A stretch of 64,000 nt of DNA. Origin: an uncultured Candidatus Saccharibacteria bacterium (lineage in GTDB: Bacteria > Patescibacteriota > Minisyncoccia > 2-02-FULL-40-12 > GWA2-44-9). The translations under genes and the position numbers were made by a program. Below the pieces are notes generated by a model. That model was not told the DNA's origin and ran no database searches. It saw nothing but the letters and a program-made list of their open reading frames with translations. Each line of letters begins with the position of its first letter. The first letter of the stretch is position 1. The DNA lies in NCBI GenBank assembly GCA_964513645.1, contig CAZENF010000002.1:8090-72089 (forward strand). The letters run 5' to 3'. This document shows, one piece after another, positions 18,201-26,755 of this stretch.

Positions 18201-19351
18201 TTTCTTGAAAATATCTCTTTTATCCTGCGAGCTATTTTTACCATATCTTCCTCTTTCATGCCACGGGTCGTTACCGCCGGCGTACCAAGACGAATACCTG
18301 ACGGGTCCCAGGGACGGCGGGTGTCGAAAGGTATCATATTCTTATTGACGATTATCCCATCTTTTTCAAGTTTATCCGAAGCCTGCTGCCCGGTCAGGCC
18401 AAAAGGCGTAGTATCGATAAGAACCATGTGATTATCGGTGCCGCCTGAAATTACTTGAAAACCCTGGTTCTTCAGTTCCTCGGAGAGAGCTTTAGCGTTT
18501 TTAACAATCTGTTGGGCATATTCCTTAAATTCTGGCTTAAGCGATTCTTCTAACGCCACGCCGGTTGCGGCAATGGCATTCATATGAGGACCGCCCTGAA
18601 TGCCCGGGAAAACGGTTTTATCGACATTGTCGGCAAGGTTTCTTTTAGATATTATTATCGCGCTTCGAGGACCACGCAGGGTCTTGTGGGTCGTTGTGGT
18701 CACAATATCGGCATAAGGAAAAGGAGAAGGGTGAGCACCGCCGATAACCAAGCCTGCAATGTGGGCGATATCAGCCATTAAAAGCGCTCCGACAGAATCA
18801 GCTATTTCTTTAAATCTTTTGAAATCCAAAGTTCTCGAATAAGCGGAGGTTCCGGTAATTATTAGTTTCGGCCTGAAGCGTTTAGCGATCTCGGCAACGG
18901 TATCATAATTTATGAATCCGTCCTCACCGACGCCATAGTGTTCAAACTGGAATATCTTGCCGGTGATGCTGGCTGTATGACCATGGGTCAAATGACCGCC
19001 ATGTTCAAGAGACATCGAAAGTACCTCATCATTAATATTAAGCACCCCGAAATAGGCAGCGATATTGGCAATACTGCCCGAATAAGGCTGAACATTGACC
19101 GCGTATTCATCGGCATGAATATTAAAAGCTTTATACACCAGGTCCACAACCGTATCTTCGAGTTCATCTATGAATTGGTTACCTGCATAATAGCGTCGGT
19201 GAGGAGAACCCTCGGCGTATTTATTCGTAAAGACCGAGCCCAGCGCCCGCAGAACGTCATCCGAGACAAAATTCTCCGATGGTATCAGATTAATGACTTC
19301 CTTCTGGCGTTTTTCTTCTTTTTCGAGTATATCGAATATCTTGGATGACAT
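18197..19351 (-). CDS. glyA: Serine hydroxymethyltransferase
   Basis: LIPSENF, NKYAEG, GGHLTHG, TTTHKTLRGPR. Confidence 0.97.
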   Translation of the reverse strand: MSSKIFDILEKEEKRQKEVINLIPSENFVSDDVLRALGSVFTNKYAEGSPHRRYYAGNQFIDELEDTVVDLVYKAFNIHADEYAVNVQPYSGSIANIAAYFGVLNINDEVLSMSLEHGGHLTHGHTASITGKIFQFEHYGVGEDGFINYDTVAEIAKRFRPKLIITGTSAYSRTLDFKRFKEIADSVGALLMADIAHIAGLVIGGAHPSPFPYADIVTTTTHKTLRGPRSAIIISKRNLADNVDKTVFPGIQGGPHMNAIAATGVALEESLKPEFKEYAQQIVKNAKALSEELKNQGFQVISGGTDNHMVLIDTTPFGLTGQQASDKLEKDGIIVNKNMIPFDTRRPWDPSGIRLGTPAVTTRGMKEEDMVKIARRIKEIFSRK

Positions 19352-19410
19352 CAGGTAGTGAATCTCCGATTTAAATTAGCCGCCAGGCAGTCGGAGATTC
19401 TACTACCTGA
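19351..19410. repeat. CAGGTAGT...ACTACCTG hairpin element at the glyA start
   Basis: tcaggtagtgaatctccga ... tcggagattctactacctga. Confidence 0.8.
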
Positions 19411-19755
19411 CATTGGCTTTATAGTATCAAAAAGGATAATAGCAGTAAAACTTCCTCTCCGATTTCTCACCCCTTCGCCTCATCAACAAATCCTAAACTA
19501 TTTATTATGTTGTTATGCTCATACAGGAGCCATAACAACCATTTTTCCTACAAAAATTCAGTACCCCTCTAAAACATCGGACCGAATTTTTGTGAATAGT
19601 AAAAATTTCATAAATAGCTTATATTTGTCGTGACTCGGCTCAAAGGATTCGAGAATCGGCACAGAAGTTTTACCAATTATAGTTAGTAAAAAAAATCCCT
19701 TCCTTTGTCCTGAATATATCGAGGGACTCCAGAAGGGTATCCGTCATTTAGGCGA

Positions 19756-20241
19756 TTATTTTAGGTTGGCCTTGAGAAGCTTCAAAATTTCCTTTTCAAC
19801 GGCTTCTTTTTTTTGTTCATTAGATCTTTCATCTATTTCAGAAAGATATAAAGCGAATTTCAACTCATATATTTCCCGATGCCATTTCTTATCAAGATTA
19901 GGACATGTAAAACTATCATGTAAAACTTCGACTTTAGCAAGTGACTCGATAAAGCTCCGAGGACCAAGAATATTTCGTTCAACGACCATCCGGGTATTAC
20001 AAATACCGCATTTCATAGAATCTTTAACCCCGGGGTTAGGATAGGCACGACCAAAGTTACCATACCAACTTATTTTAAAACGATTTTGGGAAATCCTCGT
20101 TGGCACTAATGGATGCGGCAACCCATGTCTTTTTTCAAATTCTTCTTTTTCTTTCGGATCTGTTATATGTTTCGCGCCTAGATCCTTTGCTATCTTTTTC
20201 GGGTCGAGTTTGTATTTTATTGTCCTCTTTTTCTTCTTAAC
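19756..20241 (-). CDS. Hypothetical protein with CxxC...C motif; start uncertain
   Basis: Frame stays open upstream of the TTG at 20121; strong GAAGGAGG lies just upstream of GTT at 20241. Confidence 0.5.
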   Translation of the reverse strand, partial: VKKKKRTIKYKLDPKKIAKDLGAKHITDPKEKEEFEKRHGLPHPLVPTRISQNRFKISWYGNFGRAYPNPGVKDSMKCGICNTRMVVERNILGPRSFIESLAKVEVLHDSFTCPNLDKKWHREIYELKFALYLSEIDERSNEQKKEAVEKEILKLLKANLK

Positions 20242-20294
20242 CTGTATTCCTCCTTCAAAGAACCTTCAATATACTATCAAAATAAATTTGAATG

Positions 20295-20514
20295 GCAAGA
20301 TAGTTAATAATTTCGCAGACCATCTTTTTTCGAGGTTAAGCAAAAATCAAATTAACCGATAATTTATGTTTTATTCCACAAATTTGAGGGGAGTTCCTCC
20401 GCCTATTAGGCGGATAACAGGACGACGAGGCTCAAATTTGTTAACTAAATTTAGGTTAATTTGATTTTTGTACGAAGATAAAAAGTAGGTCGAGAAAATT
20501 ATTAACTATCTTGC
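20295..20514. repeat. About 220-nt imperfect palindrome
   Basis: gcaagatagttaataattt / aaattattaactatcttgc with inner stems aaaaatcaaattaacc / ggttaatttgattttt and acaaatttgag / ctcaaatttgt. Confidence 0.85.
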
Positions 20515-21155
20515 TATAGACGCAGTAACTTGAGAAACTCCTCCGGTTTTGAGGGACCGACACGTGAGATCTTGGGTTTATCGCCGGTCAGGTCAAGGAT
20601 GGCCGAAGGTTCTGATTTGGGAAGAATGCCGACATCAAGAACAAGATCCGGCTGCCGGGAAAGTTTGCCGGAAAAAGAATCAATGATTTTGTGTATATTC
20701 CCTGTTCCTTCTTCACCCGAAATATTGGCCGAAGTGGAGACTATCGGATGACCGAACAATTTGAGAAGCTGGTCGACCAATGGATAGTCGGCAATCCTCA
20801 AACCGACGGTTTTGTGGCCTGAAGTAAGGATATCAGGAACAATGTCTTTTTTGTTTAAAACGACCGTAACTTTGCCCGGCCAGACTTTATGGAGAATATC
20901 TTCATCGCCCTTTTTAACATAGGCCAACTCCTTGGCCCATTTGATACTCCTGATGATCATCGGCAAAGGTTTGGAAAGCTGACGTTCCTTAATATCAAAA
21001 ACCTTTCTGACCGCTTTTTCATCCAGAGCATTGCCTCCGACGCCGTAAATAGTGTCCGTCGGATATACTATTACTCCTCCGGCCTCGAGAACTCTTACCG
21101 CTTCTTCGATAGCCGTAGAATAATCTTTGTTCAAATCCACCTGAATTATTTTCAC
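20514..21155 (-). CDS. tsaC: L-threonylcarbamoyladenylate synthase (TsaC/Sua5)
   Basis: YPTDTIYG, K.R..SKPL, WPG, STSANISG. Confidence 0.93.
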   Translation of the reverse strand: MKIIQVDLNKDYSTAIEEAVRVLEAGGVIVYPTDTIYGVGGNALDEKAVRKVFDIKERQLSKPLPMIIRSIKWAKELAYVKKGDEDILHKVWPGKVTVVLNKKDIVPDILTSGHKTVGLRIADYPLVDQLLKLFGHPIVSTSANISGEEGTGNIHKIIDSFSGKLSRQPDLVLDVGILPKSEPSAILDLTGDKPKISRVGPSKPEEFLKLLRL

Positions 21156-21847
21156 GGGGTCATTTTGTTTAAAAAACTTTCGGCCGGAGGAATATCATGG
21201 GGATAGCCGATAGGATGCCAGAAACTGGAACGTATTGCTTTGAACTTATGGCCGTCTGCTATCATCTGCGAAATAGAGTCCGTCAGATAATGCTCTCCGT
21301 TGGAGTGGCGACGGGCGGGGTAGTTGAAAATATTATCATCTAAAATCAGGACTCCGGCGGAAACAAGATTCGTTTTAGGATTTTCCGGTTTTTCCTCAAT
21401 GCCTGTTATATAATTTTCAGCATCTACTTCTAAGACCCCGAATTTACGAGGGTTCTCGGCTTCAGAAACTAAAAGTGACCGGTGTTCTGAAGCAACACAT
21501 TTTTCGAGACCAACCCAACCATGGATATCATCGGCGTAGAGAAGGAGAAATTTCTCGCCTTTGTTTAAAAGATGGCGACATAAACTAAGGGCATGATAAG
21601 TCCCATGTTTTCCGTCCTGGACAACATAATCGATATTAAAACGTTCAAAACTTTTCCCGAAATAGTTCGTTATCTTATCTTGAAGATAGCCGACGACTAT
21701 CACCAGGTCAGTAACTTTTTCCGGCAAAGCAGTTATGATATGTTCCAAGATCGGCTTACCGGCAACAAGGACCATCGGCTTTGGAGTATCATTGGTGAGA
21801 GGTCTCAATCTTACCCCTTCACCTGCCGCCAAGATTATACATTTCAT
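21152..21847 (-). CDS. Sugar-phosphate nucleotidyltransferase
   Basis: ILAAGEGVRLRPLT..PKPM, EEKP. Confidence 0.9.
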   Translation of the reverse strand: MKCIILAAGEGVRLRPLTNDTPKPMVLVAGKPILEHIITALPEKVTDLVIVVGYLQDKITNYFGKSFERFNIDYVVQDGKHGTYHALSLCRHLLNKGEKFLLLYADDIHGWVGLEKCVASEHRSLLVSEAENPRKFGVLEVDAENYITGIEEKPENPKTNLVSAGVLILDDNIFNYPARRHSNGEHYLTDSISQMIADGHKFKAIRSSFWHPIGYPHDIPPAESFLNKMTP

Positions 21848-21899
21848 GTGTTTGATTTATAAAAAGCCCTCTGCCGGGCTTTTTATATGTGTTTGTTGT

Positions 21900-22223
21900 T
21901 TATTGGGTCGGGGCGGTCGTAGCCGGGGCAGGCGCAGCTTCAGCTGTTAGTTCTTTTTTCTTAGGCTTCCAACTTTGCATCTTTTCCTTATTCCAAACCT
22001 TGTAATTGACCATTAGATTATTGACTGTCGGTGAAATCTGGGCACCTTTTGATATCCAGTATTCTATTCTATCCTTCTTAACCTTAAACTCTTTCTGGTG
22101 AGGATTATAATTACCCAAAAGCTCAAGGTATTTGCCCTTGACCCTGGAGGTATGTTCGAGGATAACGACCCTGAAATAGGCCTGTCCTCGCTTACCTGTC
22201 CTTTGTAATCTAATCATAAGCAT
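21900..22223 (-). CDS. rpsP: 30S ribosomal protein S16
   Basis: MIRLQRTGKRGQAYFRVV...LGNYNP. Confidence 0.95.
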   Translation of the reverse strand: MLMIRLQRTGKRGQAYFRVVILEHTSRVKGKYLELLGNYNPHQKEFKVKKDRIEYWISKGAQISPTVNNLMVNYKVWNKEKMQSWKPKKKELTAEAAPAPATTAPTQ

Positions 22224-22275
22224 GGATTATATACTAACAAAATTTATAAAATAAGCAAGGGATTGCTCAAGGGGC

Positions 22276-22424
22276 TATCCATCTTCCGACACGCCTCCGG
22301 TGGGATAACTTGTCCCTAAGTTATCCCACCTCGGCTACAATCGCCCGGAGATTGGCCAATGGTGGACTTTGTCCGATATTATACCGTTGGCCAATCTCGG
22401 TGTCTCCAGTGTCTCAGATGGATA
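22276..22424. ncRNA. Candidate structured RNA (closing stem plus two long arms)
   Basis: tatccatct/agatggata, gacac/gtgtc, ggtgggataactt/aagttatcccacc, gagattggccaatggt/accgttggccaatctc. Confidence 0.45.
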
Positions 22425-22541
22425 ATCTCTTTCTCTTGTTTTCAAATAGTTTTGAAATTAATAAGACCTCGTTCGTTTGCAGGCAAAATTATTGTATTTT
22501 AATTCAAATCGTTATAAAATCTTGTTATCTTTGAAAATTTA

Positions 22542-22865
22542 GTGAAAGGGTCAAAATTGGCACTATATTTACTCTTTCTTTTAGTCGGATTTATACTTGG
22601 TTATTTTCTGAACTTATATCTAGCGGCTGTACTGGCTGGTATTGCTTGTGTTCTCATTTTTATTCTTATTGGGGATCTTTATTTTCATCCCGGACCCTCA
22701 GGAACATCAGGGGGTTTGGGTGTATTAATTCTGATAACCTTTCTGCTAACATTTCTTGTCGGTTTGTTCATCGGCTTTGCCCCAGCTCTGCCCTGGAACA
22801 AATTATATCACTGGCTGAATCCGCAAAAAATCTGGGAGTTCGTTAAAACACACATCTTTAGATAA
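22542..22865 (+). CDS. Small membrane protein
   Basis: Three hydrophobic segments; hairpin terminator near 22901-22927. Confidence 0.55.
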   Translation: MKGSKLALYLLFLLVGFILGYFLNLYLAAVLAGIACVLIFILIGDLYFHPGPSGTSGGLGVLILITFLLTFLVGLFIGFAPALPWNKLYHWLNPQKIWEFVKTHIFR

Positions 22866-22950
22866 GGGGGAACAATAATCAACTACTTTGAGCGTCAATC
22901 AAAAACAGGATAACCAATCCTGTTTTTTCTTTTTTGCATATAAAAACAAA

Positions 22951-23322
22951 CTAAACTGATCCTGCTATTTCCGCTAGTTTAGAGACCTTTTCAGACCCAA
23001 CCTTAGGAGACATATAATCGACATAGCTTTTGAGTATTTTTTTAAAGACGTTATGGCTCACCTGGTCAAGTTCTTCATTACTATAAAGTTCTTTTATTAA
23101 ATCGTGTAAAATCTCGGCCTGTTCAGGGTCAGCATCTTTATTTTTTAAATTGGCCGCTAACCAGTCCTGCTGCTCTTTAGATAACTTCCCTTCAAGGGCC
23201 ATCATAAGATCTAACGCAAATTTGTTCTTAAAACTTGCCAGCGACCTCTGTTTTTCCTCTTCAGAAAAACCTAAAACATCATAAATTTTAAAGAGTATAT
23301 CTTTGTATTCTCCTTTTGCCAT
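22951..23322 (-). CDS. Hypothetical helical protein
   Basis: Likely start MAKGEYK at 23322. Confidence 0.6.
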   Translation of the reverse strand: MAKGEYKDILFKIYDVLGFSEEEKQRSLASFKNKFALDLMMALEGKLSKEQQDWLAANLKNKDADPEQAEILHDLIKELYSNEELDQVSHNVFKKILKSYVDYMSPKVGSEKVSKLAEIAGSV

Positions 23323-23326
23323 GTTT

Positions 23327-23464
23327 TTACATTGAAAAAGACTCTTCAACCAAATCGCCCAGTATTTCCATCGGCAATACCGGCAACTCTAAAGCCAGCT
23401 CGAGAATTTCCCAGCCCTGAGAAACTTCAAAGAGATCCATAGATGATTCAAAACCTTCAGCCAT
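23327..23464 (-). CDS. 45-aa acidic small ORF (below track cutoff)
   Basis: MAEGFESSMDLFEVSQGWEILELALELPVLPMEILGDLVEESFSM; fills the gap between rnc and the next gene. Confidence 0.5.
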   Translation of the reverse strand: MAEGFESSMDLFEVSQGWEILELALELPVLPMEILGDLVEESFSM

Positions 23465-23481
23465 ATCAAATTAATTATAGT

Positions 23482-24174
23482 TCACCAACCTTTTTTAGCA
23501 AGCGCATCTTGGGCGGCTTCCTGCTGGGCTTCCTGCTTGGAAAGACCCTGGCCCTCACCGGCTTTTTCCTTTTCAAGAAAAACTCCTATCTTGAAGTTCC
23601 GGGCATGGTCAGGGCCCCACTCTTCGAGAACTTCATAGGTCGGAGTGACGCCGACTTTTTCCTGAGCCTGCTCCTGGAACAAACTTTTAGCATCGCGGTA
23701 TAAACGTTTCTCGATTATCGAAGGAAGTTCCTTTAAAACAAACCTGGAAATAAATTTTTCAGAAGGTTCGTAACCTTGGTCAAGATAGATTGCGCCGATT
23801 AGCGCCTCAATCGCGTTGGCCAAGATATATTGCCTGGCCCGGCCGGTGTCTTTGGCCTCACCGCGCGAAAGCAGAACAAAATCATTCAGATCAAATTCGT
23901 TCGATATCTTGGAAAGTATATTTGCGTTGACCAAGGCCGCCCGCCAGTTGGTCATTTCCCCTTCCGGATTCGGATACTTGTTATAAAGATATTCGGTAAC
24001 AACCAACTCCAGAACCGCATCGCCCAAAAACTCAAGACGTTCATTGTGATCCAGACGCCATTTTGGATTCTCGTTGAGATATGAACGGTGGGTTAAGGCC
24101 TGCAGAAGCAGGTCCTTATCCTTAAATTCGAAGCCGATCTTGGCTTCAAGCTGAGATGTTTTATCTTCTGACAT
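23482..24174 (-). CDS. rnc: Ribonuclease III
   Basis: ALTHRSY, NERLEFLGDAVL, C-terminal dsRBD. Confidence 0.97.
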   Translation of the reverse strand: MSEDKTSQLEAKIGFEFKDKDLLLQALTHRSYLNENPKWRLDHNERLEFLGDAVLELVVTEYLYNKYPNPEGEMTNWRAALVNANILSKISNEFDLNDFVLLSRGEAKDTGRARQYILANAIEALIGAIYLDQGYEPSEKFISRFVLKELPSIIEKRLYRDAKSLFQEQAQEKVGVTPTYEVLEEWGPDHARNFKIGVFLEKEKAGEGQGLSKQEAQQEAAQDALAKKGW

Positions 24175-24186
24175 ATCTATAACCAA

Positions 24187-24312
24187 CTCCGAATATCAAA
24201 ATCCTAAATACTAAACAATACCGAATATATAATTTCAAAATTCAAAATGTTTTGAATTTAAATATTGGGATTTTGTATTTGTTTAGAATTTAAATATTGG
24301 GATTTAGAAATT
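24187..24312. repeat. Empty heptamer-type inverted-repeat element between nusB and rnc
   Basis: aaatcctaaatactaaacaata ... aaattcaaaa-tg-ttttgaattt ... tatttgtttagaatttaaatattgggattt. Confidence 0.7.
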
Positions 24313-24316
24313 AATT

Positions 24317-24817
24317 TCATTCCTTATTACTAACCCCTTCTTTCTCTCCTGCTAGTTCGCCTGAATCTTTTGCGGGAGGAGCATCATCTTTACCCGGTTC
24401 CCCTATTTCACGATAAACAGTACCTAAAACACCGTTAACAAATTTACCCGAAGACTCACCGCCGAACGATTTAGCAAGTTCTATTGCTTCATTGATCGCA
24501 ACCTTAGGCGGGACTTCTTCCCTTTTGCCGAAAAGAAGTTCATACAGACCGAGACGAAGAACATTTCTGTCGACAACCGCAACTTGATTCAAAGGCCATT
24601 GAGGGGCGGCCTTTTCAATTATCTTATCGATAGCGCCGACGTGACTGATCGTCCCTTCGATCAGCTGATTAATGAATGAGGTATCTTCCATTCCGGAAGC
24701 GAATTCTTTGATATTCCTTTCAGTGATACCGGGAAGTTCTTCCATTTTTCTGCCCCGAAAATCCCACTCATAGAGGGTTTGCATCGCAACACTTCTTGAT
24801 AAATGCCTACTAGCCAT
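24317..24817 (-). CDS. nusB: Transcription antitermination factor NusB
   Basis: [39 protein letters not shown]. Confidence 0.96.
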   Translation of the reverse strand: MASRHLSRSVAMQTLYEWDFRGRKMEELPGITERNIKEFASGMEDTSFINQLIEGTISHVGAIDKIIEKAAPQWPLNQVAVVDRNVLRLGLYELLFGKREEVPPKVAINEAIELAKSFGGESSGKFVNGVLGTVYREIGEPGKDDAPPAKDSGELAGEKEGVSNKE

Positions 24818-24973
24818 TTATAACTTGCTGGCCGCTCTCGTTTTAAGATTTTGCAAGGACGCTCTTGACCAATATTTTCGTTAAAAGTTCCGCTTGCTCG
24901 TCATCATATTGCAATATGTTTCCTCGCAATGCTCACCTTTGCCTCAATCTTGGTCAAGCCAGCTGCGTTCTAA
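24818..24973 (-). promoter_or_regulatory. Structured 5' leader homologous to the parA leader
   Basis: Shares TTAGAACGCAGCTGGC...AACGAAA...AGCGGCCAGCAAGTTATAAATGGC with 16002-16200. Confidence 0.7.
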
Positions 24974-24996
24974 ATTATAAAATTACTCATTTATTC

Positions 24997-25218
24997 TTAG
25001 CTTTGGCGCTTTTTCATCTTTTCCTGTTTCTTCAATTCTTTGGCCAAAACATTGACCACTTCTTTGCCCTGATAAAATCCGCAATGTTTGCAGACCAAAT
25101 GCGGCAAGGTCTTTTTCTTGCATTGGGAACAGTCAACTAATTTTAACGGCTTCAAGGCGAGGTGGCTTCGTCTGCGAAGCTGCTTGCCTTTGGCCATGTG
25201 GTGACGTGGTACTGCCAT
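24997..25218 (-). CDS. rpmF: 50S ribosomal protein L32
   Basis: MAVPRHH...RRRSH, CxxC...CxxCG.Y. Confidence 0.95.
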   Translation of the reverse strand: MAVPRHHMAKGKQLRRRSHLALKPLKLVDCSQCKKKTLPHLVCKHCGFYQGKEVVNVLAKELKKQEKMKKRQS

Positions 25219-25395
25219 AATTGTTGAATTTTTTGGAGCTCTTTGTAGTGAACAAAAATTCACTACAATTATGAGCATCCCGCCTCATCTGGCCGTTAGA
25301 CTAGTGTTAAGTACCAAAAAAGACGAAGTCGAATTTGCAATTGTAAACTTTATCTAAAAATAAGCACCACCCCAGATGGAGCGGGGAGCCCACAT
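25216..25395 (-). promoter_or_regulatory. Structured leader shared with rplK
   Basis: TGGGCT.CCCGC...GCG.G.TGCTCAT..TTGTAG...CTAC...ACAA..ATGGC in both leaders. Confidence 0.6.
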
Positions 25396-25436
25396 TTAGT
25401 AATTATATCCTAACATAAATATTTAATCTTTGCAAA

Positions 25437-25514
25437 CCAGGTAGTAGATATTTGAGTTGGCTTTGCCTTAGTAATTTTCTTTAGAAAATTACATCTCAAA
25501 TATTCACTACCTGG
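25437..25514. repeat. Second CAGGTAGT...ACTACCTG hairpin element
   Basis: ccaggtagtagatatttgag ... ctcaaatattcactacctgg. Confidence 0.8.
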
Positions 25515-25541
25515 CAAATAAAAAGCTTCCCTAAAGGAAGC

Positions 25542-25718
25542 TTAGAATGGCAGGTCATCTATCCGTTTCAAGACTATTCTGAATTCTTCTTCCGTTGCTC
25601 CTATCGCCTCTCTGGTCAAGAGTGCATCCGGCGGAATATCGTCTCTAAAAGAATATTCTATGGCTTTGGCTATTAATTCGACGATGCGTTGTTCGGTTAC
25701 GGATTTTGTTTCAGACAT
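25542..25718 (-). CDS. Small hypothetical protein
   Basis: Directly follows the upstream ORF; ends DDLPF inside a terminator hairpin. Confidence 0.5.
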   Translation of the reverse strand: MSETKSVTEQRIVELIAKAIEYSFRDDIPPDALLTREAIGATEEEFRIVLKRIDDLPF

Positions 25719-25719
25719 T

Positions 25720-26238
25720 TCATTTCTTCTTAAAAACCCAATCAAAACCCTTTTTCAGAAATTCGACCTTTTCTTCCTGCTGTCGTACCGCCATAACACC
25801 CTGGTTATAGGTTTTATATCTCTCAAGCGTCTCCTCCGCTTCTTTGATAGAATACTCATCACTCGGAATATTCATGACCAAATATTCTCCGTCAGACCTT
25901 TTTTCCCATTTAACCGTCCCGATAACAGGATAATCCAGAAATTTAAAAGCAAAGTGCTCATTGTCAGAGAACCATATCTCGCTTTCGAGTCGAACTTTTA
26001 TTTTAACATTATCCATTCTGGGCAGATAAAAAACAATTGCCGCCTTTTTGTCTCTTTTGGCTCCTAATATTTCCATTTCTCCGCCTTCGCCCGGCAAAGT
26101 TCCGACCTTTCCGCAAATGGATGTATCCATTGAGACGATATCGAAACGCTCAGTGTGATGATATTGCTTCTTAAACGGCATAGAAACACATGCAGGCGTC
26201 AGTAGTAATGAGAAGATGACCAACCTTGAGTTCCTCAA
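25720..26238 (-). CDS. Hypothetical lipoprotein-like protein
   Basis: Signal peptide ending LLLTPAC; SD GAGGA before TTG start. Confidence 0.6.
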   Translation of the reverse strand: MRNSRLVIFSLLLTPACVSMPFKKQYHHTERFDIVSMDTSICGKVGTLPGEGGEMEILGAKRDKKAAIVFYLPRMDNVKIKVRLESEIWFSDNEHFAFKFLDYPVIGTVKWEKRSDGEYLVMNIPSDEYSIKEAEETLERYKTYNQGVMAVRQQEEKVEFLKKGFDWVFKKK

Positions 26239-26344
26239 CCTTATTCCTCGCCCTTTTTTAATGTTCTTAGGCTAATATTATAGAAACTAGTGTTTTTTCG
26301 CAACTAAAAACCGCTTTCGCGGTTTTGATAGCATCAAGTCTTGT

Positions 26345-26614
26345 TCAGACCGGACGCTTTAAAGAAAATTTGGAACTATATACTAATGTAAGCGCCAGTG
26401 TCAGCGAAAAAAAGAACTGTAGAAGAGCTTGGGTGTAATACCAGCTGAAATTCGGCATTAAACCTCCGTCCGAAGAAACAAAGTTAGAATGATAAGCCAG
26501 TGCTGCCAAAGAAACAGCAAAAATCAGCAAACTCACAAGGCCAACAGTCTTGTCTCTGGGTAAAAGCAGGCCGATTGCCAACCCGATAAGAGCAAAAATG
26601 ACGTGTCCTTCCAC
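26345..26614 (-). CDS. Small membrane protein
   Basis: GGAGG before GTG start; three TM helices. Confidence 0.6.
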   Translation of the reverse strand: MEGHVIFALIGLAIGLLLPRDKTVGLVSLLIFAVSLAALAYHSNFVSSDGGLMPNFSWYYTQALLQFFFSLTLALTLVYSSKFSLKRPV

Positions 26615-26755
26615 TTTTTCACCTCCGGGAACCTATTACCGCCCAGTATTAATACCATATTCATAAAATAAAGTCAAATTAAACAACTTATCAACAATTT
26701 TTCCTCGTTGTCCGAATTTCTATGAGTGGTAAAATTAAAATATAAATTTGATTTA

